Shown here piece by piece: positions 60,358-64,000 of a DNA stretch of 64,000 nt. Source of the DNA: Nitrosopumilus sp. (GTDB lineage Archaea; Thermoproteota; Nitrososphaeria; Nitrososphaerales; Nitrosopumilaceae). Where the stretch lies: contig OZ244651.1 of assembly GCA_965218695.1 (NCBI GenBank), positions 352,001 through 416,000 on the forward strand. The letters run 5' to 3'. The translations under genes and the position numbers were made by a program. Below the pieces are notes generated by a model, which saw only the letters and a program-made list of their open reading frames with translations, had not been told where the DNA came from and ran no database searches. How positions within the stretch are numbered: the stretch's first letter is position 1; each line of letters opens with the position of its first letter.

Positions 60358-61818
60358 TCAGTATCCCCTTGCAAGGATCGGCCGTGATGCTGCTGCCTGC
60401 CTGTGGCAGCACATGCATGTCATGTCAGAGTCTGTGCCGTCTGACGACGGCGGAATGACCCTGATCTCGGCGCCCGTGTCATCCTTGATCCGCTTTTCAC
60501 ACTCTGCCCCGCCGCACCACGGAACGGCAAAGAACCCGCCGCTTTTCATCCTCTCCTTGAACTCTGCATAGTCTGTAACCCCAAAGGTGTTTGCCTCTGC
60601 CTGCTCCTGCGCCCTTTTGAACATGTCCTTCTGGATCTCCTCGAGGATTCCTGGAATCCTTTCGGTCTCTGCAATGCCGATGCTGCACTTTTCATGGTTG
60701 TGCCTTCTTACCACCTGCATGTTCTGTTCCTGGATGTCCCGCGGGCCTATCTCGATGCGTATGGGGACCCCCCTCATCTCCCAGTCGTTAAACTTGTATC
60801 CTGGCGAGAATCCGTCCCTGTCATCCAGATGCACCCTGACGCCCCTTGATGCCAGGTCCACCATGATCTCTCCGGCCTTCTCCATCACCGCCTTTTTTGT
60901 GGCGTCGTTCCTGTAGATTGGCACTATTACTGCCTGTATCGGGGCGACCATGGGGGGCAGCACCAGTCCCTGGTCGTCCCCGTGCACCATGATCATCGCG
61001 CCAATCAGCCTCCACGAGACGCCCCATGACGTCTGCCATGCAAAATGCTCCACGTTGTCCTTGTCTGCAAACTTTACCTCAAATGGTATGGAAAAGTTCT
61101 GTCCCAGAAAGTGGGACGTTCCCATCTGCAGCGCCTTTCCGTCGGGCATTATCGACTCTATGGTGTCCGTATACATGGAGCCTACGAACTTTTCGTTCTC
61201 GCTCTTCCTTCCTGCAATGACCGGGATTGCCAGCTGCTCCTGGACGGTGTCCCTGTAGATCTCCAGTATCCTTGAGACCTCCTCTTCTGCCTCCTCCCGT
61301 GTTGCATGCACCGTGTGCCCCTCCTGCCACAGAAACTCTGAGGTCCTGAGGAACGGCTTTGTTGCCTTGATCTCCGCCCTCAGGGCGGTGTTCCAAAAGT
61401 TGATCTTCAGAGGCAGGTCCCTCCAGCTCTGGATCCACTTTGAGTACATGGTGTACGCCAGCGTCTCTGAAGTCGGCCTTAGCGCAAGCCTGTCCCCTAT
61501 GACATCACTCCCTGAGTGGGTTACCCAGAACACCTCCGGATTGAACCCTGCAAAATGCTTCTTCTCCCTTCCAAGGAGCGATTCGGGAATCAGTATGGGC
61601 AGGAATCCGTTCCTGACACCCTCCGCTGCAAACCTCTCATCAAGCCTGACCCTTAGCGACTCCCAGATGGAGTACCCGTCGGGCCTCAAAACGATAAGCC
61701 CCTTGACGGGCGCATAGTCTGCAAGCTTGGCCTTTTGAACCACCTGGGTGTACCACTCGCTAAAGTCTTCTTTCTTTGAGACCGTGATGCCTATGTCCTC
61801 CTTGTTCAATACAACCAC
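60358..61818 (-). CDS. proS: Proline--tRNA ligase (archaeal/eukaryal type)
   Basis: FSEWY, LRPTSET, FLRTSEFLWQEGHT, QTSWGVS, terminal ARGY. Confidence 0.96.
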   Translation of the reverse strand: MVVLNKEDIGITVSKKEDFSEWYTQVVQKAKLADYAPVKGLIVLRPDGYSIWESLRVRLDERFAAEGVRNGFLPILIPESLLGREKKHFAGFNPEVFWVTHSGSDVIGDRLALRPTSETLAYTMYSKWIQSWRDLPLKINFWNTALRAEIKATKPFLRTSEFLWQEGHTVHATREEAEEEVSRILEIYRDTVQEQLAIPVIAGRKSENEKFVGSMYTDTIESIMPDGKALQMGTSHFLGQNFSIPFEVKFADKDNVEHFAWQTSWGVSWRLIGAMIMVHGDDQGLVLPPMVAPIQAVIVPIYRNDATKKAVMEKAGEIMVDLASRGVRVHLDDRDGFSPGYKFNDWEMRGVPIRIEIGPRDIQEQNMQVVRRHNHEKCSIGIAETERIPGILEEIQKDMFKRAQEQAEANTFGVTDYAEFKERMKSGGFFAVPWCGGAECEKRIKDDTGAEIRVIPPSSDGTDSDMTCMCCHRQAAASRPILARGY

Positions 61819-61854
61819 CCACAGAGCAATTTAACTAATGAGCCTTTCGTAGAT

Positions 61855-62139
61855 TTACAGTGGGTCGCCCTTGCACAGAACCATGCCCTTGACCCTGCTC
61901 TGGAAGTTTGGACACACAAAGCACTTGATAAAATGCGTCTCCTCCTTGAGGACCGGACAGTCCACAAACTCCATCTTCATCTTTTTGAGCATCTTTGGAC
62001 TGACACCCTTTAGCTTCAGCTTGCCCTTCTCGTCCATTATTCCTGACGCCTTGAGTTCGGCCTTCAGGTTGTTATCCATCTTCTGCCTCTTCTCGGTATT
62101 CTCAACCTTTACTTCAAACTTGTGTTCTAACTCGCCCAT
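61855..62139 (-). CDS. Small hypothetical protein with a Cys cluster
   Basis: CPVL...CFVC...C pattern; co-oriented upstream of proS. Confidence 0.7.
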   Translation of the reverse strand: MGELEHKFEVKVENTEKRQKMDNNLKAELKASGIMDEKGKLKLKGVSPKMLKKMKMEFVDCPVLKEETHFIKCFVCPNFQSRVKGMVLCKGDPL

Positions 62140-62252
62140 ATCGGTTGTTCTGGTGCCTGTGATTTATTGTTAACTATCTATGGCAATATATCAGGACACG
62201 CAGTTCCGTTTGGGATGCGGCCTGCCCGAACTGCAGGCGCAGATTCAAGCTC

Positions 62253-62966
62253 ATGTATTTAATTATCACAAAATCTAGGGCAAGACTGATGGATTCCAGC
62301 GAACATGTCTCCAAGGGAATCTCGCTTGCCAAACTGGGCAGACACGAGGACGCCATCCTGTGTTTCGATGAGGCAATACGAATGGAACCAAACAATGCTG
62401 CTGGTGCCTACAACAACAAGGCGCTCTCGCTTATTAAACTGGGCAGACACGAGGACGCCCTCCTGTGTTTCAATGAGGCAAAACGAATGGATTCAAATGA
62501 TGGTCGTATTAATTATGTCAAGGCATTCACGCTTGCCAGGCAGAACAGACACGAGGAGGCCATCCTGGGTTACGATGACGTACTGCGGATAGATCCAAAC
62601 CTTGTTGTTGCGCATATCAGCAAGGGAATCTCGCTTGCCAAACTGGGCAGACACGAGGACGCCCTCCTGTGCTACGACGAGGCAACAAGGATGGAACCAA
62701 ATCGCGCCAGCGCCCATTACAACAGAGCACTCTCGCTTGCCAAACTGGACAGACACGAGGACGCCCTCCTGTGCTACGACGAGGCAACACGGCTGGGACC
62801 AAATTATGTTCGTGCTTACCTTGGCAAGGCACTCTCGCTTGCCAAACTGGGCAGACACGGGGACGCCCTCCTGTGCTACGACGAGGCAATACGAATCGAT
62901 CCAAACGATGCTGATGATGCCTACAACGGCAGGGCACTCTTGCTTGCAGAATTGGACAGCCAGTAG
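62253..62966 (+). CDS. Tetratricopeptide repeat protein
   Basis: Six 34-aa units (KG.SLAKLGRHEDALLCYDEA....P) with a 102-bp DNA period; start may be 62289. Confidence 0.92.
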   Translation: MYLIITKSRARLMDSSEHVSKGISLAKLGRHEDAILCFDEAIRMEPNNAAGAYNNKALSLIKLGRHEDALLCFNEAKRMDSNDGRINYVKAFTLARQNRHEEAILGYDDVLRIDPNLVVAHISKGISLAKLGRHEDALLCYDEATRMEPNRASAHYNRALSLAKLDRHEDALLCYDEATRLGPNYVRAYLGKALSLAKLGRHGDALLCYDEAIRIDPNDADDAYNGRALLLAELDSQ

Positions 62967-63170
62967 TCCAGAATATGCCCTCTCACCACTCCTCCAATCC
63001 TCCATTATCCGTCCCAAAGCACTCTGCCCCGGCAAGATCCCGGCGCCCCATTCCCCCCTGTCGGGATCATCTCCGTTCCCGCTCAGGATGATGCGGGAAA
63101 CCACGATGGGAGCCGGCGCGGGCATCCACTAAACAGAGACAAGTATTTCTGGCAGGCCTTCCTGTATACT

Positions 63171-63374
63171 GTGTTGTCTCCGGGTAACTTGATAGCAATA
63201 GTAGCAGTATTTTGCGGTGGATTTATGCTTGTGCGTGGCATGCTTCCGACTCTTTCGGGCGAAGTGTTCAATTTGGAATTTGTCGGGGTGGGGGCCATCG
63301 TAACGGTGCTGGGTATTGTTGTGTTGAAAAAGAGGAGTCTTGCAAAGCAAAAAAGTCTTGGAAAGAAAAAATAG
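63171..63374 (+). CDS. Small two-TM membrane protein
   Basis: Two hydrophobic stretches and a basic tail; start uncertain. Confidence 0.45.
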   Translation: MLSPGNLIAIVAVFCGGFMLVRGMLPTLSGEVFNLEFVGVGAIVTVLGIVVLKKRSLAKQKSLGKKK

Positions 63375-63657
63375 TCCTGACCACGTCTTTGCTGCGAGGC
63401 CAGCATCGTCTCTGTTGCACTGCAATCTGTCTTGACGCCGGGTGCGGCATCTGCCACACGGCATCCGTTCTCCCGCCGCTCCTTAAACCGACCCCCCACA
63501 CGCACCATGGCGATAGCGCCGTCATGCTGTTCCTGCACGAACGCCATTCCATGACTCCATGCCGTGATGATTTTTTACAACAAACCAAAGAATCCCTGAA
63601 AACTTTGTTTCCTAATTACTCTCGACACAGATACCAGTCTGTGCAATTCTGTCTATG

Positions 63658-64000
63658 TCATCGTCTTGCCCCCTCATCCCTTGCAGTTTTTGGATCGGGC
63701 TTGTAGACTTGCACGATCCTTGGCGTGCCGTACCCGCCGTCGATCGCAGTATCGATCATCTGGTTGTACAGCTGCGCTTTTCCGTATATCTCGGCCTTGA
63801 CGTTCTCCCACTTGCGCGCGCTTATGCACTCGCCCAACACCCGCTTGAACGTGGAAAATGCAATCTCGACTGACCACCGGTCGTTGTACCCGGACTCCCT
63901 GCGCCACGCCTTCTGGAATTCCCTCTTTTGTTCGCGCGTGAGGCCTGCAAACTTGAGTCCTGCCGTCTTGTCCATGCAGTCCATGCCACCCAGCTGCCTG
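63658..64000 (-). CDS. IS5-family (IS903/ISH1-like) transposase, C-terminal part; runs off the window
   Basis: WRRESGYNDRWSVEIAFSTFKRVLGE Y-R-E-K motif. Confidence 0.85.
   Translation of the reverse strand, partial: RQLGGMDCMDKTAGLKFAGLTREQKREFQKAWRRESGYNDRWSVEIAFSTFKRVLGECISARKWENVKAEIYGKAQLYNQMIDTAIDGGYGTPRIVQVYKPDPKTARDEGARR

Noticed and set aside
63380-63620. IS903-like terminal motif near 63569-63586 and a candidate IS end near 63601
   Set aside because: No partner TIR or TSD can be confirmed inside the window.

Overview
Archaeal DNA, almost certainly from a Nitrosopumilaceae/Cenarchaeum-like thaumarchaeote (thaumarchaeosortase, Dph2, TiaS, Alba, SMC, intron-containing tRNA-iMet, IPxW-type surface-protein tail). 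A host-associated lifestyle is plausible but is inference only. Housekeeping blocks (about 3.9-7.6 kb, 32.4-39.1 kb and 48.2-63.4 kb) are interleaved with about 15 IS elements (IS5/ISL2-like, IS3, IS66, ISH3, IS630, IS110) that cover roughly a third of the window. Most have terminal repeats and target duplications readable by eye. They interrupt a ~1,490-aa surface protein and a decayed defence island (PLD-SNF2 helicase, Eco57I-like RM protein, DUF488, TIR remnant). The best finding is an archaeal IS110 (40095-42881) whose left end folds into a bridge-RNA-like architecture, with loop guides that match its own insertion junctions. A second, recombinase-less copy of the same RNA region (24802-~24944) has a changed target guide that matches its own, different flank over 11 nt. 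All coordinates and folds were worked out by hand; no database search was run.
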